The notes beneath the pieces are model-generated. The model was not told where the DNA came from and did not search any database. It was given only the letters and a program-made list of their open reading frames with translations. 64,000 bases of DNA. It comes from a candidate division WOR-3 bacterium. Lineage in GTDB: Bacteria; Hydrothermota; Tepidihabitantia; SM23-42; CAYGYG01. This document shows, piece after piece, positions 28,807-38,439 of the stretch (position 1 is the first letter of the stretch; each line of letters begins with the position of its first letter). Location: the NCBI GenBank assembly GCA_965648915.1, contig CBFGIV010000008.1:1-64000 (forward strand), in the 5' to 3' direction. Both the position numbers and the translations under genes were made by a program.

Positions 28807-29523
28807 GTGATTGAACTTTTCTACCTTGGGCTTGAGATATTTGGAAATGGCATTGAATTCGATTCAATCCTGATAAGAGCCGACCGTCTCTATGAGAACC
28901 GGCATCTCGACTCGAATTATATTGTCGATTATAAAAGAATCATTGACTCCCTGCTGGTTGTCGATTCAACAAATTCTGAAGCGATCTGGCGCCTCGGTCG
29001 ATACTATTATGAGCGCGGTGTAAATTCAAAAGGCAAGAACGAGCGGCTTGCCCATCTCTCATCGGCCCGGAGATTTTTTGAGAAGAGTATCGCACTTAAT
29101 GAGAGTTGTGAAGCGCATTTTTTCCTCGGTGCAACATTGGGTCGGATAGGTCAGACCAGGGGCAAGATGAAGTCACTCTTTCTGGTTAAGCCGATCAAAC
29201 AGTCCTTTACGAGATCCTTGGAACTGAACCCGAGGTATGTCCGTGCCCTTGCCGGTCTGGGAAGTTTATTTGACCAATTACCATCAATTGCCGGCGGAGA
29301 CCAGGCAAGTGCTGTTGACTATCTTAAAAAAGCGATTGAGATCGATTCAAATTATACATATCCCTATATTGCCCTTGCCCGGATCTTCATCGCCCGGGGA
29401 GCGCGGACCGATGCCAGGGTTTTGCTTGAAAAAGCACTAAAGATAAAATCGCCAACCTTTCCAGCCGACTTCTTTCTCGAAGATCGACCCGAGGCACTGA
29501 GTCTCTTAAAAGAGATTGATTAA
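28807..29523 (+). CDS. TPR-like repeat protein, hypothetical (start uncertain)
   Basis: Helical repeat pattern; the GTG start listed by the ORF track has no support. Confidence 0.4.
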   Translation: MIELFYLGLEIFGNGIEFDSILIRADRLYENRHLDSNYIVDYKRIIDSLLVVDSTNSEAIWRLGRYYYERGVNSKGKNERLAHLSSARRFFEKSIALNESCEAHFFLGATLGRIGQTRGKMKSLFLVKPIKQSFTRSLELNPRYVRALAGLGSLFDQLPSIAGGDQASAVDYLKKAIEIDSNYTYPYIALARIFIARGARTDARVLLEKALKIKSPTFPADFFLEDRPEALSLLKEID

Positions 29524-30202
29524 ATCTATGGGCAAGAGTCAAGATAAAGGGGTAAGCGCGGTTATTGTTGCAGCGGGCAGGGGAAGGAGATTTGGGGGGA
29601 TGAAGCAATTCTTTAATTTAAAAGGAAAACCGCTGATATATCATACAATTAAACCATTTATTTCCGAGCGAATGATAACGAATATAATTCTTGTTGTTCC
29701 TGAAGAGAGGTGTGAGTCAGTAAGCAGGATGATTATCAGGGATAATTTCAAAAAGAGGATCGATGTAGTAGCCGGTGGTCGTTTAAGGCAGGATTCGGTC
29801 TATAAAGGTCTCAGTCTGGTGGAGGGTGGTATTGTTGCGGTCCACGATGGTGTTCGACCTTTTGTTACTAAGGGGCTGATAAGGAGGGGGGTCAGGCTGT
29901 GTAAGAGGTATCGGGCAGTAATATTTGGTTTGCCGATTAGTGATACGGTTAAGAAGGTTAAGGGTAATCGGGTGGTAAAGACCCTGGCCCGGGATAGTCT
30001 CTATTTAATTCAGACTCCACAATTTTTTGATGCGCAACTGCTGAAGAAGGCATACGAAAAGATCAGAAGGTCAGGAAGAGTCTTTACTGACGACTCGGCG
30101 GTTGTCGAATATTATGGCCATCCCGTATATATTTTTGAGGGAGAGGAGAAGAATATAAAGATTACCTACCGGCACCAACTACAAATGATTGACAAAATAT
30201 GA
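29516..30202 (+). CDS. ispD: 2-C-methyl-D-erythritol 4-phosphate cytidylyltransferase
   Basis: AVIVAAGRGRRFG...KQF N-terminal nucleotidyltransferase motif. Confidence 0.8.
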   Translation: MIKSMGKSQDKGVSAVIVAAGRGRRFGGMKQFFNLKGKPLIYHTIKPFISERMITNIILVVPEERCESVSRMIIRDNFKKRIDVVAGGRLRQDSVYKGLSLVEGGIVAVHDGVRPFVTKGLIRRGVRLCKRYRAVIFGLPISDTVKKVKGNRVVKTLARDSLYLIQTPQFFDAQLLKKAYEKIRRSGRVFTDDSAVVEYYGHPVYIFEGEEKNIKITYRHQLQMIDKI

Positions 30203-30326
30203 AATATCGATATAGTTTAACAGATGGTGCAAAAATCTCAAAAGATAAGAGAATTAAGATTCGGTTCAGAACCCTCTGCGCAATCTCAAATTAAGTCAGC
30301 CTCATTACACCCTCTTAAGAATCTCT

Positions 30327-31463
30327 ATGATTGAGGTAGTTATTCTCGGATCAACCGGTTCGATCGGGGCTAATACCCTGAAGGTGATTGAACATCTCCG
30401 GAAGTTTTTTCGGGTCCGGGGGATTGCTGGTTATTCGAATATCGCACGCCTGGTAAGACAGGCAAGTAAATACTCGCCCCGTTATGTAACTATCCTCGAT
30501 AAGAATCTTTATAAGAATCTGAAACAAGCCCTGCCTCGAGCCAGGGTTCTCGCGGGCTTAGAGGGTATGATGGAGATGGTTGAAGACCCTCGAACCGACT
30601 ATGTCGTGATTGGGTTGAGAGGGGTGATAGGTTTAAGGCCTATCCTTGCTGCCCTGAAAATGGGTAAGAGGGTCTGCCTGGCAACCAAGGAGATACTGGT
30701 CAGTTATGGCGACCTTCTTAAGAAATACCTATCACCGGGCCAGCTCTCTTTGATCCCGGTAGATAGCGAGCATTCAGCAATCCATCAGTGTATTTTTAGC
30801 AGGGACTGGACCTCAGTAAAGAGGATCTATCTCACCTCCTCGGGTGGACCATTCTTTGGCAGGAAGTCAAGGGTGGCTTCAGCCCGGATCGAAGATGTCT
30901 TAAAGCACCCGACCTGGAAGATGGGGAAGAAGATCACGGTTGATTCGGCCACACTTATGAATAAAGGGCTTGAGGTGATCGAGGCAGCGAGACTCTTTGG
31001 TTACACTGGGGATCGGATCAAGATTCTGATCCATCCGCAGAGCATTGTCCATTCGCTCGTTGAATTCATCGATCACTCGCTGATCAGTCAGCTTTCAGTG
31101 CCGGATATGCGCCTGCCCATTCAATATGCCCTCACTTTTCCCAAGCGGATGGTCTCGCTGGCAAAGAGTTGTGATCTCACCAAGGTTGGCCATCTCGATT
31201 TTTATCCGGCCGATTTTGATGAATTCCCCTGTTTGCGCCTTGCCTACCAGGCCCTGAAGATTGGTGGTACAATGCCCGCGGTCTTAAATGGAGCGAATGA
31301 AATGGCGGTAAATCTCTTTTTGGAGAACAAGATGAGATTCAATCAGATTCCGGAAATGATTGCTCAAACCATGGCCATGCATCGTGTGATCAAGAAGCCC
31401 GATTTTGAAGAGATTGAGCATAGTGAAAAATGGGCTGAAGATTATGTGAGGAGACTGGTATGA
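30327..31463 (+). CDS. dxr: 1-deoxy-D-xylulose 5-phosphate reductoisomerase
   Basis: ILGSTGSIG NADPH motif and conserved Dxr core. Confidence 0.9.
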   Translation: MIEVVILGSTGSIGANTLKVIEHLRKFFRVRGIAGYSNIARLVRQASKYSPRYVTILDKNLYKNLKQALPRARVLAGLEGMMEMVEDPRTDYVVIGLRGVIGLRPILAALKMGKRVCLATKEILVSYGDLLKKYLSPGQLSLIPVDSEHSAIHQCIFSRDWTSVKRIYLTSSGGPFFGRKSRVASARIEDVLKHPTWKMGKKITVDSATLMNKGLEVIEAARLFGYTGDRIKILIHPQSIVHSLVEFIDHSLISQLSVPDMRLPIQYALTFPKRMVSLAKSCDLTKVGHLDFYPADFDEFPCLRLAYQALKIGGTMPAVLNGANEMAVNLFLENKMRFNQIPEMIAQTMAMHRVIKKPDFEEIEHSEKWAEDYVRRLV

Positions 31464-32710
31464 TCATCACCCTTGTGGCTTTTCTTTTTATCCTCGGATT
31501 TGCCATAACGATTCACGAACTCGGCCATTTCCTGACCGCCAAGGTTTTAAAGATACCGGTCCTTAAGTTCTCCCTGGGCTGGGGTCCGGCCCTGTTCAGA
31601 AAGAAGATCGGTGATACTGATTTTATAATTGCCATTATTCCGGTCGGTGGTTATGTTAAGATTGCTGGTGAAGAAGAGGGAGAGGGTGGATGGTATGATG
31701 AACCTTTCTGGAAGAGGATCCTGGTCGTATTTTATGGTCCGGTCTTCAACATCATTTCTGCCTTTTTGATTCTCTTCTCAATTTTTTCGGTCTCAGGGGT
31801 TGTAATTAACCCTTATACCTCAATCATTGTTGAGGATAACCTTTACTCGGCCCGGGCCGGACTTATGACCGGTGATACGATTAAATCGATCAGTGGTCTG
31901 CCCGTAGAAAATTGGGAGTCAGCTCTCCAGATCTTCAATCTCAACCGGGGTCGAGAGGTCGAGATAAAGGTCGGTCGCAACGGGATCGAACACCGATTTA
32001 AGGTAATGGTTAATCTCGACTCCCTTGGTATCAGACCAAATGTGCCACCAATCTTAGGAATTGTGCAACGGGGCGAACCAGCCTGGAAAGCGGGTTTGAA
32101 AAAGGGTGATCGGATTATCAGCATTGATGATAGAGCGATCAGCACCTGGGATGAGCTGGTCGATATCGTGCGCCATTCACCCCGAGAGACCCTAACTATC
32201 CGTTATCTGCGTGCGGACCAGGAGTTTGAAACGAAGGTGATTACCCGGGTAAAGTGGGATGAGATGAAAAACGAGTCGATTGGCGTAATGAATGTTATGA
32301 TGAATCTCGAACATAAAGCGGTTTCAATCCCTGAGGCCCTGAGCCTTTCCCTGCAGAGGAGTAGCGAATGGATTCTGCTCACCGTGACAATTCTTTATAA
32401 GATTATCACCGGTGAGGTCTCGCGCAAGAATATCGGCGGGCCGATTGCAATTGCGAAGACAGCGGGTGAGAGCGCGCGCTGGGGACTTGAGAATCTTCTT
32501 CTGTTGCTGGCGATTATCTCGATCAACCTCGGGATTGTTAACCTTGTCCCGATTCCCCTGTTTGATGGTGGCTTGATCGTAATGAATTTTTTTGAGGGCA
32601 TCAGCGGAAGGCCGATAAAGAAGAATGTTCGTTTTGTCTTACAGCAGATCGGCATTGCCATCATTGTAATCTTAATTCTTTTTACCCTGTACAATGATAT
32701 AACCCGATGA
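31460..32710 (+). CDS. rseP: RIP metalloprotease RseP (M50 site-2 protease with PDZ domains)
   Basis: HELGHFLTA in TM1, two PDZ-like segments, C-terminal LDGG motif. Confidence 0.85.
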   Translation: MIITLVAFLFILGFAITIHELGHFLTAKVLKIPVLKFSLGWGPALFRKKIGDTDFIIAIIPVGGYVKIAGEEEGEGGWYDEPFWKRILVVFYGPVFNIISAFLILFSIFSVSGVVINPYTSIIVEDNLYSARAGLMTGDTIKSISGLPVENWESALQIFNLNRGREVEIKVGRNGIEHRFKVMVNLDSLGIRPNVPPILGIVQRGEPAWKAGLKKGDRIISIDDRAISTWDELVDIVRHSPRETLTIRYLRADQEFETKVITRVKWDEMKNESIGVMNVMMNLEHKAVSIPEALSLSLQRSSEWILLTVTILYKIITGEVSRKNIGGPIAIAKTAGESARWGLENLLLLLAIISINLGIVNLVPIPLFDGGLIVMNFFEGISGRPIKKNVRFVLQQIGIAIIVILILFTLYNDITR

Positions 32711-34020
32711 AGTTTGTCTATATCTATCCGGTCGTGCCGACCAAACGATTTGTTGACGGTATGGCGCTGAAGGGCGCGACTCTTTTTCGCCTGGCCGATT
32801 ACGATGCAATGCGTTTGGGCCACTGTTTGAAATCGAAGATCGAATATCTATATCTTGATGAGCGGGTGGAAAAGGCCGATCCCCCCTCGGGCACCGACCT
32901 TGTGATTATTCCGGTAAATCCACCGGCAATCGGCCGCGCCTTTGAGATCTCATCCCATCTTCTGAAGCAAGGCCTGAAGGTTCTCTTCTTTGGATCCTAT
33001 CCGACCTTGAGGCCGAAATTATGTGCAAGATATGCCTCGGCGATTGTGCGGGGCGATGTCACATCGGTAATCCGCGAAGTGATTGAAGATATGAGTCGGA
33101 ACCGGCTCAAGAAGTGGTATTACGCCAACCGCAATCTGTCTTTCGATGTCGACCGGGTCTGGGAAGATAAGCCCGGTATGTTTCCCTATCTCTCTCAACT
33201 CAGGACTTCATTCGGTTGTTCCTGTGAATCGGGTTATGCTGACTTTTGTAACGAGAAGGTTCTCTACCCGGAGATTGTATCGCTGCACGAAGATCTAATA
33301 GTCAAATCTATTGCTGGAATAAAGAAGAAGATTATTTGGCTTCAAGATGATGATATCTTTTACGATTTGAATCGCGCCCGGTACTTCTTTAAAAAGATCT
33401 GGCAATTTAAGAAAGAATGGATTGTCCAGGCTTCGAGTCGTATCTTTTTAAATCGAGACCTTCTTCTTACTCTCAGTGATGCAGGGGTCCGGATCATCAT
33501 CTTGAAAGAAGACTGGTTACCATGCCGGCTATTTTTAGACTCAGACAGAATGGTCGAAGTTATTAAACTGAAGAGGAGACAGATAGACGAAATTCACCAC
33601 CATCGAATTCTGGCCGGGGCAAAGATCCGTTTCGATACCGATCTTGGAAAATCTTTTAATTTCCAGAAGATCTTTGATCTACTTTCCAGCCTGCGGGTAG
33701 ATTTTTTAGAATTTTCGGTCCTCACTCCGATTCCGGGTTCGAGAAAATATAAAGAATACAAAAAGAAAGGGCTTCTCTTAAGTGAGGATGTCGACGCCTT
33801 TGATCATCATACACCGGTTGTGAGGACAACGGTTGAGCCCCATATTCTGGTTGAGACCCTGGAGACCCTGCGTGATCGTTTCTATTCCTGGGATTCGATT
33901 TTCATCCGGTGTGCCCGGACATCTTCCCGGGTAGGTATCTACAATACCTTTCTCTTCAATCTCTTAACCAATGTCGCCTACAGGGAAAATCTTCTGGAAC
34001 GGGCCGGTTATCCACCGTAA
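32707..34020 (+). CDS. B12-binding-domain/radical-SAM-like protein with non-canonical Cys motif (CSCESGYADFC)
   Basis: N-terminal Rossmann-like cobalamin-binding segment (LVIIPVNPP...VLFFG) then a TIM-barrel-like core, but CxCx8C replaces CxxxCxxC. Confidence 0.5.
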   Translation: MKFVYIYPVVPTKRFVDGMALKGATLFRLADYDAMRLGHCLKSKIEYLYLDERVEKADPPSGTDLVIIPVNPPAIGRAFEISSHLLKQGLKVLFFGSYPTLRPKLCARYASAIVRGDVTSVIREVIEDMSRNRLKKWYYANRNLSFDVDRVWEDKPGMFPYLSQLRTSFGCSCESGYADFCNEKVLYPEIVSLHEDLIVKSIAGIKKKIIWLQDDDIFYDLNRARYFFKKIWQFKKEWIVQASSRIFLNRDLLLTLSDAGVRIIILKEDWLPCRLFLDSDRMVEVIKLKRRQIDEIHHHRILAGAKIRFDTDLGKSFNFQKIFDLLSSLRVDFLEFSVLTPIPGSRKYKEYKKKGLLLSEDVDAFDHHTPVVRTTVEPHILVETLETLRDRFYSWDSIFIRCARTSSRVGIYNTFLFNLLTNVAYRENLLERAGYPP

Positions 34021-34032
34021 AAGAGGGGTGCG

Positions 34033-34956
34033 ATGAGAATATTGATTACCGGTGGTGCCGGCTTTATTGGGTCCCATATTGTCGACCGTTATCTCGAGGA
34101 CGGTCATAAGGTGATGGTGATCGATGACCTCTCTTCCGGAGTCCGGGAGAATGTCAATCCATCGGCAAGTTTTGAAATGATTGATATTGCTCAATTTGAA
34201 CCACTGGAAAGGGTATTTGCCGATTTCAGGCCAGAGATCATCAATCACCATGCCGCCCAGATCGATGTTCGAAAATCGGTCGCCGATCCACTCTTTGATG
34301 CCCGGGTGAATATCATCGGTTCATTGAATCTGCTTGAACTCGCCCGGCGCTACAAGATCAGGCGTTTTATCTATGCCTCAAGTGGAGGCTGTGTTTATGG
34401 TGATACCCGCGATCTGCCGGTAAAAGAGACAGCACCGGTCAATCCGCTATCTCCTTATGGTGTTGCAAAAGTAGCAGTTGAGAATTATCTCAAAAGTTTC
34501 AGCGCGATGTTCGGTCTGGAGTATGTCGTATTGAGGTATTCAAATGTCTATGGGCCAAGGCAGAATACAAGGGGAGAGGCAGGCGTGGTGGCTATCTTTA
34601 TCGGCCGTATTGCGGAAGGGAAACCCTGCATCATCTATGGAGATGGTAAACAGACCAGGGATTATATCTATATCGGTGATGTCGTCGAGGCAAACTATCG
34701 GGCACTCAGTTCACCGGTTGGCATCTATAATATCGGGACATCAAAAGAGACAAGCGTCAATGAACTGGTCGAAATTTTCAGTCAGATCTTAAACTCGAGG
34801 GTTGAAAGAGTTTATGAGAAACCTCGCACCGGGGAGCTTTTCAGGAATAGCCTCGATATAAACCTGGCCCGCAAGGAACTGAACTGGCAACCGAAGATAG
34901 ATATTTTTCAGGGGATCAGATTGACTTACGAGTATTTTAATCAGAACAGGGAATAA
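34033..34956 (+). CDS. NAD-dependent epimerase/dehydratase (GalE/UXS-like SDR)
   Basis: TGGAGFIGSH Rossmann motif and YxxxK (YGVAK). Confidence 0.8.
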   Translation: MRILITGGAGFIGSHIVDRYLEDGHKVMVIDDLSSGVRENVNPSASFEMIDIAQFEPLERVFADFRPEIINHHAAQIDVRKSVADPLFDARVNIIGSLNLLELARRYKIRRFIYASSGGCVYGDTRDLPVKETAPVNPLSPYGVAKVAVENYLKSFSAMFGLEYVVLRYSNVYGPRQNTRGEAGVVAIFIGRIAEGKPCIIYGDGKQTRDYIYIGDVVEANYRALSSPVGIYNIGTSKETSVNELVEIFSQILNSRVERVYEKPRTGELFRNSLDINLARKELNWQPKIDIFQGIRLTYEYFNQNRE

Positions 34957-34979
34957 TTTATTAAACGGCAATCGAAAAG

Positions 34980-35927
34980 ATGATTGACTTTACTTTCAGT
35001 AAAACTAAGATCGAGGATGAATATGAGGCAATAATTATTGGGGGAGGTCCGGCTGGATTAACCTGTGGACTCTATCTATCCCGGGCCCTGGTCAAGGTAC
35101 TTCTGATTGAAAAGAAGGTCCTTGGTGGCAATGCGATTTTGACCAGTGCAATTGAAAATTATCCAGGGCTGGATCAGGTAAGCGGACAGGAACTTATTGA
35201 TCGAATTGTGAAACAGGTCCAGCGCTATCGACTACCGATCCTCTATGAGGCTGTTAAAAGGATCGAATTGATCGATGATAGATTTCTGGTTGAGACCAGC
35301 ACCTCCCGGATAAGGTGCCAGTCAGTGGTGCTGGCAGTAGGTACTTCGTATCGGAAACTGGGTGTACCCGGTGAGGCGGAATATACGGGTCGGGGTGTAT
35401 CTTATTGTGCGACCTGTGACGGAATGTTTTTTCAGGGCAAGGTTATTGCGGTGGTCGGGGGTGGTGATAGTGCTTTGAAGGAGTCACTGTACCTGGCCCG
35501 GATTGTAAAGGAGATATATCTAATTCATCGCCGGAAGGAATTCAGGGCAGAAAGGATTGTTGTTGAGGAGGTTCTCAGGACCAAAAATATCAGACCGGTC
35601 CTTGAGAAAAAAGTCGTTTCGATCAACGGTAGAGACAGGGTTGATTCAATTACATTGACGGATGTGAATACCGGAGCGATCGAGAACTATGCTGTGGACG
35701 GCGTCTTTATTAATATCGGCCATAATCCTGACACTGAATTCTTAAAAGGATTGTTGAATCTGGACGAGCACGGTTATATAGTAAGCGATTGTTTATTGCG
35801 GACCAATGTCCCCGGGCTCTTTGTGGCCGGCGATGCCCGGGTCAGTGAACAGCGACAGATTGCAACGGCGGTAGGCGATGGGGCGATGGCTGCGGCCATG
35901 GTTGAGAAATATCTTGGCCGACGTTAA
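34980..35927 (+). CDS. trxB: thioredoxin-disulfide reductase
   Basis: GGGPAG FAD motif and redox-active CATCDG. Confidence 0.85.
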   Translation: MIDFTFSKTKIEDEYEAIIIGGGPAGLTCGLYLSRALVKVLLIEKKVLGGNAILTSAIENYPGLDQVSGQELIDRIVKQVQRYRLPILYEAVKRIELIDDRFLVETSTSRIRCQSVVLAVGTSYRKLGVPGEAEYTGRGVSYCATCDGMFFQGKVIAVVGGGDSALKESLYLARIVKEIYLIHRRKEFRAERIVVEEVLRTKNIRPVLEKKVVSINGRDRVDSITLTDVNTGAIENYAVDGVFINIGHNPDTEFLKGLLNLDEHGYIVSDCLLRTNVPGLFVAGDARVSEQRQIATAVGDGAMAAAMVEKYLGRR

Positions 35928-35951
35928 GGCCGGGCCGGCACAACATTTTAA

Positions 35952-35979
35952 TTGACAATTTGACAAAAATGCAGATAAT
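35952..35979 (+). promoter_or_regulatory. tandem TTGACA -35 elements with GATAAT -10 upstream of rpsO
   Basis: aTTGACAATTTGACAAAAAT...GATAAT; AAGGAGG 9 nt before the ATG at 36063. Confidence 0.4.
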
Positions 35980-36062
35980 GTATTATATATGATTTTTTCA
36001 GATAATGAAGATATACGTTTTATGTTAGTTGGATGGTATTTACCTTAAGGAGGTTCTGTCAT

Positions 36063-36332
36063 ATGGCCCTGGAAAAAGATCGAAAACGTGAATTGATCAC
36101 TAATTATCAGATTCATAAAGATGATACCGGTTCACCGGAGGTGCAGATTGCACTTCTCACCGAGCGGATAAAGTGTGTTACCGAACATCTCAAGACCTAT
36201 CCCAAGGATAAACATTCGCGTCGCGGTTTGATCAAGATGGTCAATGCGCGACGCCGCCATCTTGAATATTTGCAGAAGAAAGATAAAGCGCGTTATATCA
36301 AGATCGTTGATGCCCTGGACCTCAGGGGTTAA
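36063..36332 (+). CDS. rpsO: 30S ribosomal protein S15
   Basis: [12 protein letters not shown]...[15 protein letters not shown]...; start chosen at the ATG with a 9-nt spacer to AAGGAGG. Confidence 0.9.
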   Translation: MALEKDRKRELITNYQIHKDDTGSPEVQIALLTERIKCVTEHLKTYPKDKHSRRGLIKMVNARRRHLEYLQKKDKARYIKIVDALDLRG

Positions 36333-36364
36333 AGGCTTGATCTTTGACTGCGGTTTAAGTACTA

Positions 36365-38434
36365 ATGCATATTGTTAAGAGAGAAATCGCGGGTCGGACG
36401 CTTAAATTAGAAAGCGGTCGCGTCGCACGCCAGTCAGAATCGTCAGTCCTGATTCAATACGGAGAGACGATTGTCCTGGTCTGTGTCAATTATAAAAAGG
36501 AGATCGACGAGGTCCCGGATTTTCTACCACTTACCGTCGACTACCGGGAAATGACCTATGCTGCGGGTAAGATCCCGGGCGGTTTTTTCAAAAGGGAGTC
36601 GAGGCCCAGGGAGAAGGAAATCCTGATTTCAAGATTGATCGATCGCCCGCTCCGTCCGCTCTTCCCCAAAGACTATCGTAATGAGACTCAGATTATCGGC
36701 ACCCTCCTCTCTGCCGATATTGAGAATGAAGGGGATATCCTCGGCATCATTGGTGCGAGCACTGCCCTCTGTGTTTCCGAGATTCCCTATAAAATTCCAG
36801 TTGGCGCGGTGCGGATCGGGAAGATCGGTGAAGATTTTATCATTAATCCCACCATCAGTCAGACCGAAGACTGCATCCTGAATCTCGTGGTTGCCGGTAC
36901 CGAAGATTCGATTATGATGATTGAGGGTGGAGGGTTTGAATTCAGTGAAGAGGATATGATTAAGGCCCTGACCCTGGCCCAGGAGGAGATCAAGAAAGTT
37001 ATTGAATTAGAGAAAGAGATGATCAGACTGATCGGCAAGGAGAAGCTCGAACTTGAGACGAAATTTGTTGAGGACGAACTGGTTCAGAAGGTGGGTCGAG
37101 AAGTTTTTGAAAGGGTGAGCAGTGCCAATGGAATAAGAGAGAAGAATCAGCGGGAAGAAGCACTGAATGAGATCATCGATGATCTTCTGAATCAATTAAA
37201 AGATAATTGTGATGATCCCCAGCTTCTGAGAAGGAAGATTGCTTATATCATTGATGATATGGCACGGGAGGATTTACGAAAGAAAGCCCTGATCGATGGT
37301 ATAAGGATTGATGGTCGCAAGTTCAGTGAGATCAGACCGGTGACCTGTCAGATCGGTATTTTACCGCGGACCCACGGTTCGGCCCTCTTCACGCGGGGGC
37401 AGACGCAAAGTCTGGCCGTTACTACCCTGGGGACGGCAAGTGATGAACAGATTGTTGATGACCTCGAAGGTGAGGAGTCAAAATCGTTTATGCTCCACTA
37501 CAATTTCCCACCTTTTTCCGTAGGCGAGGTCCGGCCCTTACGCGGTCCGGGCCGGAGAGAGATCGGCCATGGTGCACTGGCGGAGAGGGCGCTCCTGCCG
37601 GTATTGCCAAAAGAGGACGATTTTCCTTACACGATCCGTGTTGTCTCCGACATCCTCGAGTCCAATGGTTCATCATCAATGGCCTCAGTCTGTGGGGCAT
37701 CACTATCTTTAATGGATGCGGGTATCCCGATAAAGACCGCGGTCGCGGGCGTCTCGATTGGCCTTATTAAAGAAGACGAAAAGTATGTGCTCCTGACCGA
37801 TATTATTGGTGCCGAGGACCATTACGGAGATATGGACTTTAAGATTGCCGGGACGAAAAATGGTATCTCGGGTGTGCAACTCGATATAAAGATTCAGGGG
37901 GTATCAATCGAAATCTTAAAATTGGCACTTGAACGGGCAAGGGAGGCCCGACTCCATATCCTTGAGATTATGAGCAAGACGATTTCTGCTCCAAGAAGCC
38001 AGTTGTCGCGCTATGCACCGAGGATCTCAGCTTTTCGTATACCCAAGGATAAGATTGGAGATGTTATCGGTCCGGGTGGTAAGACGATAAGACGGATCAT
38101 CGATGAGACCGGGGTGACGATCGACATCGACGATGATGGTAAAGTAACAATCGCCGGTAACGAAGATGAGGCGATTGAGAAGGCGCAGGGGATAATCGAA
38201 GGTATTGTCTCTGAAGTTGAAGTGGGGAGGATGTATATCGGTAAGGTAAAACGGTTGACCAACTTCGGTGCCTTTGTCGAAATTCTGCCGGGTAAAGAAG
38301 GGATGATTCATATTTCCCGACTTACAAAAGAGCGGTCGAAAAGGATTGAAGACCTTATTAAAGTTGGAGATGAGGTGATTGTTAAGGTCATAAATATCGA
38401 TGATTTAGGCAGGATCAATTTGACCCGGCAATAA
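36365..38434 (+). CDS. pnp: polyribonucleotide nucleotidyltransferase (PNPase)
   Basis: Two RNase PH-like domains, KH and S1 C-terminal domains; canonical position after rpsO. Confidence 0.9.
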   Translation: MHIVKREIAGRTLKLESGRVARQSESSVLIQYGETIVLVCVNYKKEIDEVPDFLPLTVDYREMTYAAGKIPGGFFKRESRPREKEILISRLIDRPLRPLFPKDYRNETQIIGTLLSADIENEGDILGIIGASTALCVSEIPYKIPVGAVRIGKIGEDFIINPTISQTEDCILNLVVAGTEDSIMMIEGGGFEFSEEDMIKALTLAQEEIKKVIELEKEMIRLIGKEKLELETKFVEDELVQKVGREVFERVSSANGIREKNQREEALNEIIDDLLNQLKDNCDDPQLLRRKIAYIIDDMAREDLRKKALIDGIRIDGRKFSEIRPVTCQIGILPRTHGSALFTRGQTQSLAVTTLGTASDEQIVDDLEGEESKSFMLHYNFPPFSVGEVRPLRGPGRREIGHGALAERALLPVLPKEDDFPYTIRVVSDILESNGSSSMASVCGASLSLMDAGIPIKTAVAGVSIGLIKEDEKYVLLTDIIGAEDHYGDMDFKIAGTKNGISGVQLDIKIQGVSIEILKLALERAREARLHILEIMSKTISAPRSQLSRYAPRISAFRIPKDKIGDVIGPGGKTIRRIIDETGVTIDIDDDGKVTIAGNEDEAIEKAQGIIEGIVSEVEVGRMYIGKVKRLTNFGAFVEILPGKEGMIHISRLTKERSKRIEDLIKVGDEVIVKVINIDDLGRINLTRQ

Positions 38435-38439
38435 CGCTG

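Noticed and set aside
36333-36364. rpsO-pnp intergenic region as an RNase III processing hairpin (as in E. coli)
   Set aside because: Only 32 nt with no convincing stem; too short to support the call.
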